A stretch of 62,623 bases of DNA, counting the filler, from Choristocarpus tenellus KU-1152 (lineage: Eukaryota > Protista > Phaeophyceae), in assembly GCA_964200185.2 (NCBI GenBank). It is 12 parts of 12 records of this genome, joined end to end, with 100 filler letters (N's around TTAATTAATTAA, not from the genome) between each part and the next. Parts side by side here need not be neighbours in the genome. Positions count along the whole stretch, not along the records: positions 1 to 14,653 come from CAXNAD020001143.1; positions 14,754 to 21,831 come from CAXNAD020006743.1; positions 21,932 to 29,693 come from CAXNAD020005622.1; 9 more parts are not named here. One strand, written 5' to 3'. Below, piece after piece: positions 12,701 through 24,560 of this stretch. The first letter of the stretch is position 1, and every line of letters starts with the position of its first letter. Below the pieces are notes generated by a model. It saw only the letters and a list, made by a program, of their open reading frames with translations. It had not been told where the DNA came from and ran no database searches. The position numbers were made by a program, and so were the translations under genes.

Positions 12701-14478
12701 TGCAAAAGTCCAAATGCCCACCATCTGGCCACCTATTGCATGTAGCCAAAGATTATCTGACCGTCAGTTATAGAGGAAGGGCCGAAGCATCTCCACCTCA
12801 GATAGGCGGTTCCACGTGCCGTGGCACATTGTAAGGAACAGCATACTGTTTTGGGAGGGTGATGAAGTGTGGAGATGTGGCGTTACGCAAGAACAACAGG
12901 GCTGGATCGCTCCCTTTTGCACTCTCTTTTCCAAGCGACAAAGCAGAAAGGGAAAAGTTCAGGTGAAGGCTGGACAAGAAACTGAGAAAGGCATAACAGG
13001 TCGCTGGTGCCCCTTCTTACCTGAAGGCAAATACATACATACATATATATATATGTATACATAGATGTATTAATAGTAGTGGTTCAAATTAGGTGCTGCT
13101 TTCTTGTCGACAGACAAGGTACTCCATTTTACTCTGGTGAGTAGACATAGTTAATCTCTCACTCTACCTGACAAGAACAAAAAGGAGGAATTAGGTGGTG
13201 TACTCATTCTGAGCTAAAACTGATATCCCAATTTGATCATGACAACATCACCACAGAAATCTGTTCGATTAGTACACTGAAAGAACTACACCGTATCAAA
13301 TCAGTCTTCAGATACCAGTACCAGCGGCCCCAGTTCGGATTTCTTGTAGGTTAAAGAGCTAAGTCAATGAGAGGTAGACGGGATTGTACTTTAAGGATCT
13401 CAGGAAAGGGCGAAAATATGTAATTTTTTGTACAATTGCAGAAAGAACCTATTTTTAATTGTGGTGGTACTTTGTGTGTGGAAAGGAGAAACATCAAATT
13501 TGCGTACACTATTATACACATAAGGCAATGAAATACTCCGATCGGAGTAGGTCGTATTTCACAAGAAAGATGGCTTAGAATGCAAAAGGGTTCAAACATG
13601 CCTACCTCTCAATTGATTTGGCTCTAAATCATACCACTAGTATAATTGCCCTTGGAATATTTGTAGATACCTACTACCCCAACATACCAGTAATGTGTTG
13701 GGGTCGCGAAGGTTCTTGGTTTCAATGGTGTAACTCCCTTGTTGCATTGATTTTCTCAAAGTGGCACTCTTCTAGCTTGTCAGCAGGTTGTCTCATCAAA
13801 TAACAATTTTTACGACAGACATCCCCCATTTTGTTGTTGGATTTTGCTGCTTGGGAGTGGATTGGGAAATGCTACTACTTACTACGTACTATGGAGGAAA
13901 CTACTGCGGAGGTCTCGTGTTTAAAATATGGTAAATTAGTCACTGAGATATCGTCACAGAGACTTCTGATCAACGTTTTTCAGCCACAAGCTAAACACCG
14001 TACTACTAACTGGCCAAAAAAGAGTTTATTGGGCGGGGATGTTGCGCTACATGTCTGATATCTTCAATTTTCATACTGCTAGGTCCAGGATGATATCCGA
14101 CAACAACCATGCGTGATTGCTATTCTATTCAAAGTATTAGTTCCAATGTATTATCAGCAATGGGCTCCCACACGTACTTGGTAGATGTAATGATGATACG
14201 AGAACTGGCGCGGGCAATAACATCGAACACCTTGACAGTCCAGGGACCCATTTTTAAGCAGCCTGGGTCCTGGGATATGAGAGAGCGGGACATGACATCC
14301 AGTTAGTGTGTTGCGATAAAACAGCAGCCAAGTGCAAGGAGGAGAAGAAAAAAATCAAAAACTGAGCTGAAGAGTGACTTCAATGCCCCTCTCCACTTCT
14401 ATCCTCGAGGGTAGTATATACTATCTCCACCCTCCTCCGACGTCATTATCAGGCACACTCTGCTGCACGTGGTTCGAC
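3752..14478 (-). CDS. Divergent NADPH oxidase / ferric reductase (NOX/FRE)-like flavocytochrome b, multi-exon, 5' end truncated by the contig gap; one in-frame TGA (possible pseudogene or recoded gene)
   Basis: Phase-compatible exons read manually on the minus strand: (14478-14431 tentative); 14262/14269-14178; 12845-12617 (GC donor); 11911-11738; 11188-11064; 9724-9590; 9132-8994; 8829-8769 plus 8685-8416 (or a single exon 8821-8416); (7143-7077 and 6853-6786 tentative); 6699-6480; 5645-5459; 5194-4988; 4353-4291; 3877-3752 (TAG). Translation gives TM segments with LHAIGGQMVGIWTFAH (H-x13-H), NFSLAMWLHM and WYIIDRVW, then FAD motif PHPFTT, YGPY, NAD(P)H motif LLVIGTGAGAG, GRLN and YFCG. This is the motif order of the NOX/FRE family. 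Confidence 0.85.
10382..10643 (+). mobile_element. MITE family A, full length, in an intron of the NOX-like gene
   Basis: TIRs GAGTGAAAGTATCTTAGAGGGT...ACCCTCTAGGATACTTTGGCTC; flanking TGA/TGA duplication. Confidence 0.92.
11303..11561 (+). mobile_element. MITE family A, full length, intronic
   Basis: Same TIRs; ATGT/ATGT flanking duplication. Confidence 0.92.
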
Positions 14479-14515
14479 CTAGCACAACATGAGCATTGCA
14501 TATCGTGATACAGTT

Positions 14516-14653
14516 GAGTCAAAGTATCCTTAGAGGGTAAAGTCGTGTCCATTTGGGGGCCAAAATCCAATGTTGCAATTTTGATGTAATCTTGACTATC
14601 GTGTTTGTTAGCAAGTGTCAATATCCATGTTCCAGACACCTTTTCATAACTTA
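14516..14653 (-). mobile_element. MITE family A, truncated by gap
   Basis: GAGTCAAAGTATCCTTAGAGGGT terminus; reverse complement of the family A right half. Confidence 0.88.
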
Positions 14654-14753
14654 NNNNNNNNNNNNNNNNNNNNNNNNNNNNNNNNNNNNNNNNNNNNTTA
14701 ATTAATTAANNNNNNNNNNNNNNNNNNNNNNNNNNNNNNNNNNNNNNNNNNNN
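14654..14753. other. Artificial contig linker (44N-TTAATTAATTAA-44N). Identical linkers at 21832-21931, 29694-29793, 33853-33952, 36901-37000, 39640-39739, 43557-43656, 46954-47053, 50621-50720, 53788-53887, 57485-57584
   Basis: Eleven identical 100-bp spacers whose palindromic core gives stop codons in all six frames. Confidence 0.98.
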
Positions 14754-15755
14754 ACTATTAATAATCATGCCCTTTATTTTATTCAGATTTGTTGGGGCGA
14801 GGGGAAACTAAGACGAAACTACATCACAAGGACTACTGTAAATACAACCAATCGTTGTCGACAATGCTAAGACACCTCCCTAAAATATGTACTATTTGCA
14901 AACTAGCAACACAAGAATGTCCCCTTGAATACTGTTTTATGCTAAGTAACGTGTACTCTGACCTGGTTGAAACCTAGCTCAGAACTACAAAGTAACGTGG
15001 GCCAGGACCTAGAAAAGCTTCCCAGGACTCTGCCAGGCCCCTTCTTGCCCACCTGCTGCCAAGTGTGTCTAGGTCTAGCTTGAAACGCACGACGAGTTTT
15101 GAGGGAGTCACCTGTGCAGTGACGGACATGATCTTTTCCATTATCGGTCAATTCCAACTCAACAAATAGTCTGTGGGTGGAGCGAAATGACGTCATGATA
15201 TTTTGAACCGGGACGGTACCAGTATTCCAACATACGAGTCGTGTCGTACCGTCCACTAAACCGCCGAAACTAAGTCCTTAGCTCCTCACCCTGGGTTGCA
15301 GGAATAGGTTTGAGAAGTAGGAAGTCAGTAGTACATGATAGATATGTAGTACTAAAATAGGAAGTACATCAAGGTTTTTCTCTTTTGTGACAACTGTTAC
15401 TTCTTTAAGGAATTCTTTCAGACATGTGAATAGTTTTCATTAGTTTTTCTATTGGTACATCACTAAAATGTCAGAGGGCATAATAATAAAAAAACTAATT
15501 CAATTTGTCCAATTGGAACACGACATGGCATCAAAGGTGACAACTGTACCACCAATAGAATTCAACATCCCTATCATAAGGTTGCATGTAGTTCCCTTCC
15601 AGTCAGCGAAACCGTCCCATACACATACAAATTATTAGAGCAAAAATGATAAACGTGTTTACAAAATGTCTGTAAAACCGAGTGGCGGCTCACTATCCAG
15701 GTAGAAACACTTGGCCTCTTCGGATTAAGCTACACAGTACTTATTGTAGCTCCAG

Positions 15756-18700
15756 AGGTCCGCGAGCTCGTCAGGATTGATTGTCGTCGAACTAAACTGG
15801 TAGCGATGCCTCAACAAGGCGGTGGCCGTGCCAGAGAAAGACTACCTCCCCACAGGTGCCGTACTCTGGCTAATACAGGATGCCCAACAAAGACAATGCC
15901 GTTGGTATAGCAATGCCCATTTGATAGTACATACTCTCCTACTAAGATATCGCCTCATGATCTGTTTTTACACCAAAACCTCCCTGTCAGGGAAAGGGAA
16001 AGAGAGACTTCCGAGCAACGCAATCGCCCAGGCATGTCTGTATGTACGCCCTCACCTCACCCGTCCCGCCCGATTAAAAAGAGGATCCACGGTGGGGACA
16101 CGAGAGGGACTGTTGAGATAATACTGTCGCCTCCCTCTAGCCCCCCTGAGAAGGATGTACGTCATGACGGCGAAGAGGCCATGAGGTGAGGTCGCCAGAG
16201 TCATCCTATCTTAGAGGAGGGTGTCGTCAAATGTTTATCGCCTACCATGACTGTTCTGTGGTACACATGCTTCTAGTATGTCTTCATCTGAATAGTAGAG
16301 GCACACGATCCCATGCCTATACCAGCGTACCAGATCATTTCCTGTAACTAAGCCATCGGGTAGGATCGTAAGTTCCACCCTGTCTTACATTCCACGTTGG
16401 TCAGCCTAGGACTTGACCGCTGCCATGCCAACCAGTTATATTATCCCTCTCACACCATCGACATCATTTGAGGTAACCGCCACACACCGAGCATAAGCGT
16501 GCTGCCTCTAATCCCATGTCTCCAAATAATGAATGGGTTCTTCTCTGTCATTCTCACAAACTGCCAGGCGATGGAGGGCTTCAGAAATGTCCACCTTGAA
16601 CTTCAGTCAGCTCATGGGCCACTACAATGAGGTACAGATGCGTGCTCGGGGGTTTGTCAAGGAATCCACAGGAGGTACAAAGTTTTTCCACGAAATCAAG
16701 AGCGAATGCCGCGGTCTTGTGGTGGACAATTCGGCTTCTGCCATGGGAGATGGGGACGTCTGCCTAGCTAACATGCTCAAGAGCACCAGAACGTGAGAGC
16801 CCCTTGCTGACGCTAGTAGTGTGTTCACAATTCCTAACTCTCGCACAAGTAGCAGCAGTCTCTTCTCTGCCTGGTCCATTGTCTCGTGTTAAGTCATAAT
16901 ATGTTAGTTGTATCATATTGCTATCAAACGTTACAGTGGTCGTTGAAGAGAGAGACTGGTTGGTGTAGAGGCTGCAAGATGCAGTCCATTTTGGCAAGCA
17001 CTAATGATATGTCCGTCCCAGATAGATCAGGATGCCAGCTCCTGTGAGTATGGTCACAGCAACCTTGACTCCAGTGCCTTGTGCTGCAGATTCATACCAC
17101 ATGGTCCTTACAATATGAAGTCAGGGTAATGGAATAGAGGTAATGAATAACTCATGAAAACAGATCAGCCTTTATTTTTTTTTTATGTGTCTCTGATGAT
17201 ATCTTACACGTTTTTCTCCATACCCTCCCCCCTCACCAAACATCCCAGCAATAAGCAGCCAGTTTCAATAGATCTCAAGAAGGTGGATCCACTGAGGAGG
17301 AGATGTCAAGCATCCCCTTACAAGCCTATTCTTACAGTGGAGTCCACAGCCGACATGGCAAAAGCAAGTGCGCGAGGTGGGAGGGAAGGAGTTGTGCAGG
17401 AGATCGTGACCCCTCCAGCAGAACCGTCACCTGAGTCCCAGCCCACCCTTGCTGCTGGACCCCGCAGTGGTAGGATTGCCAACCCCTCCATCAATAGCAA
17501 CCTAGGTGTCGTAGACTCGGACGCTACGACTGTCAGTGTTCAGGAGGTGCTGAGCCCTGCACCACAGGCCAGGGGAGTACTTTCTGTGAGCAAAGCCTTG
17601 TGGGGGCTTGGGCTGACAATGAACGTTCTTGTCATCCTAGACATGTGGGTGATTTTTTCTGCAGGTGCAGGAAGCACCGAGATAAGCATTGGTCCACTGA
17701 AGGTGGGTAATCCCCATTGACCGACTTACCAGTCATACTACCCAACTTGTCTGCCCAATAGCTTCCTACCACAGCCACTCACAAAGGTCAAAAAGGTACA
17801 AGGTACTTCAAAGTCTCCTCTTCAATAGCAACTTCCCATTTGGGCACAATGCCTAAACTTGAGTATTTGATGCCCCAGTGTCATGTAATCTCACCCCCAG
17901 CATCTGATCCGCACGTGCTCATGAGTACCGTTTGATGTTGCACAGTAGTGCTTCCATTTCCTCGACCCCATGTTCTAGGTCCGTCACACGTCACCCTAAA
18001 TTTCATGCTGCCTGGAAAAATAATCTGGGAAATGGAAAGGTTGAACGGATGTTTCAAGCCCTTAGGGTTGATTCCTTTATTTGCTTCTGTTGGTCGTGTT
18101 CCCACCTGGCTTATGACTCATTCTCTTCTTACTGCCCCTCTCACTGCCCTCCTCCACCAAACTCTGACTGCCAGATCCTGCGATGGGAACATACGAAGAT
18201 GTTGGAGGTTGACATCCCAGTTTCAACCTAAACATCACCGTGTGAGGGTGCCAAAAATAATCACCGATGCCAACAAAGGCTTTACCCCAAAGATCGGGTA
18301 CTTCTTCCTGGTGAATTCCTCATTGCAAATCAGGGACACGATGATTTGCCTGACAGCACAATGAGGGCAGGGAGTACAATACTATGGGTAATTGAGGGTG
18401 GGGGACTCATGTCCTGCCAAGGCTGTGACCCCACAGTCCCAGAGTCGCGAGATGCAACCTTACTTGTACCTCCGCCACCCCCTGTCATCGAGGAGAACCG
18501 ACGCTTCAAGGTGCAAAATATATTTCCTTGGAAGGGAAGGAGCTCGAGGTCATCCTCATTTGGTAAATATGACCAAGGAAGGGAGGCTGAGTCTGCAATG
18601 AAGGATGAGATTTCCAGGCCTGAGGTCACACCATTCGCATCTGTGAAGGGGGGTCGCCTCTTTGTGGTTGCCAGAGGCACTGTGTACTACAAGAGTCCAC

Positions 18701-18846
18701 GTCATCGCGGCTGGTTGTGGGACAAGATCTGGCACTCAAGTGATATTAGTGCAGCCACTTTGGAAAACACAACAGACGAGACTGTTCTGGTAGTCACACC
18801 CAGAGGAAAAATCCTCTGGGAGTCGACCAAGCCCAGTGCTAAATAG
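15756..18846 (+). pseudogene. Multi-exon gene of unknown function with a bulb-lectin-like C-terminal segment and in-frame stops
   Basis: Exon-like blocks at ~15756-15900 (IVVELNW*RCLNKAVAVPEKDY, TAG 15801), ~16607-16791, ~17262-17546, ~17980-18066, and terminal exon 18175-18846 (ILRWEHTK...VST*TSPCEG...RVLLPGEFL...VLVVTPRGKILWEST, TAA 18229). The lectin resemblance is by eye only. Confidence 0.4.
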
Positions 18847-21149
18847 TTGGGTGGAAGGAGTTTTTGTGTTGTTTCTTTTGGGTTGTGCCCATTTTATTAT
18901 CATTACTATTCTTTTGTGTGTGTAAGAGAGAGAGAGAGAAGTAGAGTGTGTCCACTGGTTGGGATAGGAGCGGTGGAACGTTGCAGGCGGGTGTAGCTAT
19001 GGTTAGGGTCTAGTCTGCTGCCATCAAACAAGTTGCACATGTACAACAAAAATGTCTAAACTATCCCCTTGGCAGCTGTATGGCGAATCCCCCCCTAGTT
19101 TTATTCTGGTCTACAAATTACTACTTTTGTTGTACAGAAAAATAAGGTCATTTCAATCCCCACTAGTAGCAGCGTTCACTGATATGAAGCAACTATCAAT
19201 AGTTTCTTAGTGCTGGAACCCCTTTGTTTCTGTAATAATCCACAGAGAAGGTTCTGCTACACTTGTAGAACAGAAAAATATCAAGAAGACATTAACATTT
19301 TGTCGACAAAAATGATCTTCAAGGATTCTAGCAGAACAAAGTCGAATCACGTACTTACCTGCCTCCAGTATGACTAGTATATCTAGATCAGAGCAACCGA
19401 TAACTAGACTCCAATCAATGAACATGTCTGGTTCACGATGTCATACATCAGATACACAACACAAACTTCTGTCAGAGACAACATGACGGCAACACACATT
19501 GTTGGCAGATCCATCGTTGACTCTACGCCCTATCATTTACTCCACTTTAGGTGTGTGTGCCTGTGCTTGACGTATCTATTTATTATGAAGAACACAAGGC
19601 CACTGTTGAGGTCATACAGTTGGTTACGAGGATGACTGTAGGTTTGCAGGCGTTGAAATACATACTGTCGAAAGTGCATTACTGGTGTCTTACGGAGTTT
19701 GATGTCATAAACGTTCCTTGCGCTGATGAGTGTGGCAAAGCAATGTAGGTGTAGCCAAACCTAGTGGCTGACCTGTTTCAGTTCTAATGTAATACTACGT
19801 AGTATACTGTAATGAAACAAGGATATCAGTATTTGTGCTGATCTTGAGTTGAAACGTCTCACTATCTGTTTTCTCAAGTACATTACAGTACCTTGACATA
19901 TTTTATTTCACTTTTTAGTACCTTCATGTAGATAATGTCGCATCTGCAACTATTTGATGTTGCCTTGTGGCATTGCCAAAATAGCATAATTAGTTTTATT
20001 TTGGTTCTTGAACTCGTTCCCCTTCTGTCTTTCACACTGTTAGTGATTGCCGACAGTGACCGAGATGCTGGCAGGAGATGTAGATGGTCTAGTGATTGAA
20101 GGCATGGCAAGGATGGGAGTGCAGATCGTCGTCGAAATGATGGGTACTATTCCCGATCATTCTATGTGGAGAACTGGGAGGATTCCCACTGTACTTTGGT
20201 TTTCAAGTTTTGCTCCCTTTGGATCTCCAAGGTGACGGTGTCACACACTGAGAACTCAGTCATATTAAGCAGGTATCAATGTCTTCGGTTAACCTTTTTC
20301 CTTCTCCACATTATTGTGAGTAGGCGGATATCAGTGGGGTGAGACGACTCAAGGATTAAGCCTGGGAGTACTACTACCTCTGATTTTGTCAACATACCAA
20401 TATACCACTTCATACAAGCTGAGAGGCACTAGCTTCGCAGTAGACTTCGACCTTACCTTTGGCGGATTCTGCCCACTTGTAGTGAAGGTGGAGGAGCTAA
20501 GATCTAAGTGCAATGTTGGAGGAGCAGCATGTTGACAGGAGCAAAGTGGAGGGACAGATATCAGTATGCCCGAGATGAACCTGAGTGTAGACTATTTCAC
20601 TTAGGTGTACAAGGTGCACAGAAAGGACAATATTGAATCTTGACATGTATTGTACGGATCAAGTTAGAACTCTAGGGGCATAACCTGTAAACAGGGCTAG
20701 AGGACGGCTAACCGACAACTCCAGTGATCAAACCAAGAACACTCGTAATGGAGAGGGAAGAACGACTGAAGCCAGAATATGCGAATTTTCCTCCTGGGAT
20801 TATGGAGTCCTCTACCCATAATCCGACTACCCTCAACTGTGGGCAACCATGTGATATTCTTCAACAGCAACTGCTTCAACTGTTGGAAGGTTGACCAAAA
20901 CTTTAGTGAATGCAAGAAGAATAGGCATGGCCAAGACAAGGCAAGGAAAGATCAGGATTACAATCCATAAAACTAGTGCTTTGGTGGAGTAGTGGTGTCT
21001 CTACATGTTGACAAAATCAGAGGCTAGGGTGCTACCCAGTTTAATCTTTGGGCAATCACCCCATGAGTCTCTACCTAACTCTCAAGTTGTTGCATCAAAC
21101 TTCACCTTCCCCTTGACTTTACAGGACTCTCCTAATACTCTACTACATA

Positions 21150-21831
21150 CTTCCTCCATTCGGAATTATATGAATGCAAGTATTTTAGAGGGTACGAATT
21201 TCGCCCTGTTTGTCCGTTTGGGGTTTGACTTTCAACGATTTTTTTTGGTATTTTCCTACATCAAAATGTTTCGGAGTAGGTAAAATATATACATTTTTGG
21301 AGTACATAACATGTATATATGTCCGGAAGAAGGATATTGAAACTTCCTAACAAACACAAAATCCAAAATTACATCAATATGGCAACATTGGATCTTGGAC
21401 GCGGTTCTACCCTCTAAGATACTTTAACTCAATGTAACATGATTTTTCCAGCCCCGATGAAGAAGCATTTTTTTTTCACGTGTTCATATGTTATGGGTGT
21501 GTCGTGCAAACACAAAAAGGTTGCCACCAAAATCCCAAGCAAAATGAGGCAGCCTACACCTGTCCACGATTCTACCTCCAAAGCCCTCCAAAACTCCATT
21601 CCACCACGGCATTTCGCCGCATCCACTAGGGCATTCAGGGGGAGCTTGCCCGCCTTCTCAGCCTTTTCCTTGCTAAGTTGGGGGATTTTGAAGACGTCAA
21701 CCTTGGACCCCAGCACTTCACCGTATACTGTGAAGAGACTGTGCCAGATACGCTCTGGTTGTCTCTCGGGGGTGCAAATCGAACACCTCCATTGTGACCT
21801 CCACCAGCTCCTCTGTGCTGGTAACCCCCAT
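21150..21831 (-). mobile_element. 3' end of a plant-type mariner (DD39D-like) transposon with TIR, interrupted by a MITE
   Basis: C-terminal transposase peptide ELVE...GSKVDVFKIPQLSKEKAEKAGKLP, homologous to 59756-60010; Stowaway-like terminus TA|CTTCCTCCATTCGGAATTATA at 21148. Confidence 0.8.
21172..21430 (+). mobile_element. MITE family A inserted in the mariner terminus
   Basis: Family A sequence. The uninterrupted homologous mariner end is at ~59593-59635. Confidence 0.88.
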
Positions 21832-21931
21832 NNNNNNNNNNNNNNNNNNNNNNNNNNNNNNNNNNNNNNNNNNNNTTAATTAATTAANNNNNNNNNNNNN
21901 NNNNNNNNNNNNNNNNNNNNNNNNNNNNNNN

Positions 21932-22078
21932 GGGGGGTCTACACCAGGGTGTCCATCTGGGTCAAGGTCAGGAAAAGTGCATTTACATTATCCATCCAAT
22001 GTATGCAACCAAATCAACCAAAAATCATGACATCAAAAAAAATTGACCTCAAATGGACAGCCGCCACCCCACCCCCAG
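21932..22078 (+). mobile_element. MITE family B, partial at contig start
   Basis: GGTCTACACCAGGGTGTCCAT...CAAATGGACAGCCGCCACCCC, shared with the other B copies. Confidence 0.82.
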
Positions 22079-22255
22079 GAGGGAAAATGTCATAATGACG
22101 GTACTGGCATGTTTAGGATGAAAACATTTGGTAAAGAAACTTCAGAAATACTGTGTATTCCGGAAAAGAGTCAGAACAAAGGTTCGGATTTTGTCGTCTC
22201 ATTCCATCTATCACTCCGCAGATCATACTAAATTGGATATTTGGAGTATGTCTAA

Positions 22256-22513
22256 GAGTGAAAGTATCTTAGAGGGTACGAGTTTTGTCCTGTTTGTCCG
22301 TTTGGGGCTTGGCTTCCCACGGGTTTTTTACTACATTTTCCCACTCCAAAATGTTTTGGAGTAGGTAAGATGTATACGTTATGAAAAGGTGTGTCCAGAA
22401 CAAGGATATTGACACTTCCTAAGAAACACGACAGCCAAAACTACATCCAAATCGCAACATTAGATTTTGATCCCTAAACGGACGTGGCTCTACCCTCAAA
22501 GATACTCTGACCC
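22256..22513 (+). mobile_element. MITE family A, full length
   Basis: TIRs; TAA/TAA duplication. Confidence 0.92.
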
Positions 22514-22662
22514 TAATCCAGATTGCGTGATGGGGAAAGTGTTAGGGATTCTCAGGTGGTAGCACACGTTTGCGTTCCAGTCCACCACTAGAGCACCAGA
22601 GTTAGAAGTACCAAATGGAACGTGATCAATTCCATGAGAAGCAAAAATTGGCACTTACTCGA

Positions 22663-22840
22663 GGCTCAAAGTATCTGGGGGTCGGGGGGGAGGGTCTACA
22701 CCAGGGTGTCCATCCGGCCTCTGACCAGGAGAATTACACTTTCATTATCCATCCGACACATGCAACCAAATCACCCAAAAATCACACCATGGAAAAATGG
22801 ACCCCAAATGGACAGTCTCCATCCCCCCCAGATACATTTA
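22663..22840 (+). mobile_element. MITE family B (~180 bp)
   Basis: GGCTCAAAGTATCTGGGG...CCCCCCAGATAC termini. Confidence 0.85.
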
Positions 22841-22959
22841 TCCCGACCTTGTCCTTCTTTACACGGTAGAGGTGGTAAGGGATGACCAGGGCTTGATACC
22901 CAACCTACAAGGTGCAACAAAAAAAAACATTGACTTGCTTTCATCTCCTTCTTGATTGA

Positions 22960-24560
22960 CCTCTAGCAACAGCATGCACAATTATCATTCCAACATCTCG
23001 ATATTTTGATGAGACACCTCCCTCCCACCGTCTTCCCATGACATGCCAGTGTTGTTAACGTAATTGAAATGTTCCTTGTTGCTGTGGACGCCTTGAGCAC
23101 TGTCATGTTGGTGGTGGCAACCCTTTTAGCTTCAGAGGAGACAGATGAAAGCATAAGGGCGGGTACAATGGTGGAGGACAGCGTCATGTTTATCCAGCTG
23201 TTCACCTTCCTAGGTAATGCAATCTCTGAATTCAGAAACATTCGGGTTGGGAAACACCCTAGTGCACTTGCCGCCCCCACTTTGCCTCATACACTTGTCT
23301 CTACCAAGTTTGCAGTGATTGCTATCTTGGTTTACTTTCTGCCCCTACTACTCTTTACTGGGTTTGTAGTGAAGACTTATTGGTTAGTGGTCTGGTGCTT
23401 TGGCATTTCTTTTGGGTTTTCCTGCGGCATAGTTGTCAAAAACATTTTGGTAATACAACACATCTTCTACAAGTAGAAACGAGACTTGACCTAACCCCAA
23501 CCCTAACACTACAAGCATGAACAAAGTCGAAATATGGGTGCCGTACACAGGCGTTTACATAAGAGTGCACAACTTGTCACAGCACTGGTCAAAGTGCACA
23601 TTTCAACTTCTGAGTAGAGTACATACTCCAAGTGACTGCATCCAGCGCAGATCAGGCTGCGATTGGTTTCTTTATTATCATTGCGACTGTGTCCTTGTTC
23701 GGCTTTGTGCAGTTCAAAATTTTCAGATTTTTGCAATGTCATTGGAGGGAATGGTTTTTGAGTGTGGAACACGCTGCATCGGTGAAGTTGTCGTGTGTGA
23801 TCGAACCCTGGAATCACTAGAGAACTTGAGTATTGTATTGTGTGTGCATTGAGTGTAACCCCCTACTCCGGGCCTTGAGTGCTGGCAGCACCAGTGTAAA
23901 CTGCGGCTCTTACACCGAGTGTTGTCAAATAGTCAAATGTCTCCTTTGAGCTCCTGCATCATCATTACCCTCTGGTATGGTACTGACCGGTTGCTTCAGT
24001 GCTTTGTAATGTGGTCTGAAACAGATGTTGTTTTGGATTGTATTTTCTGCACTCAAATTGCACAAGCCGTATCTTTTTTTAATCACACACACTTGGACAT
24101 CTTATGCTGTACAATACAATCCGTCCACCATCACTGCCCCACCCGTTCTTCCCAACACACAGAGTCAGTGCTTGTACCAATTTTTCAGAGTATAGCATGG
24201 ACTGTCTTGTGTCCACAAGCTTTCATTTTTTTTGTTATGTGTATTATGCCCTGTACTCCAAACACTACTAGTACTCAGCAGTTGGTTGGTAGTGGAGGTT
24301 CCCTGGGTATTGCCAGGTCTGACCCTTGGCAACAACACCCATGGCTCATTAGGGGGTATTGATATGGCGATTTCAGAGCATGGGGTTGCCACAATTTTGA
24401 GTGTGATCCTCACTGCTCATGCCATCTTACAAGTCCATAGTTGCAGATACATGTCTGTTGTTTGTGAGACAGAGGAATCACCACTCTGTATGCAAAGGCA
24501 AGACACAAATTCATGTATGAAACTCCAAATACTTGGACTGAAGAGCTTGTGCAACTGCTG
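22960..24560 (-). mobile_element. Heavily decayed DNA-transposase-like relic (possibly MULE-like)
   Basis: Stop-riddled coding-like sequence. The peptide HKAEQGHSRNDNKETNRSLI resembles the N-x-AE-x-x-H motif at the end of MULE-type transposases. Weak. Confidence 0.3.

Noticed and set aside
3752-18846. Alternative nuclear genetic code explaining in-frame TGA/TAA/TAG
   Set aside because: Conserved genes (dynein, MPP-alpha, USP exons) contain no in-frame stops and use ordinary Trp/Gln codons, and TAG terminates both the MPP-alpha and NOX-like frames.
19940-20970. Exon-like blocks on the plus strand
   Set aside because: Stops in all frames and no recognisable family.
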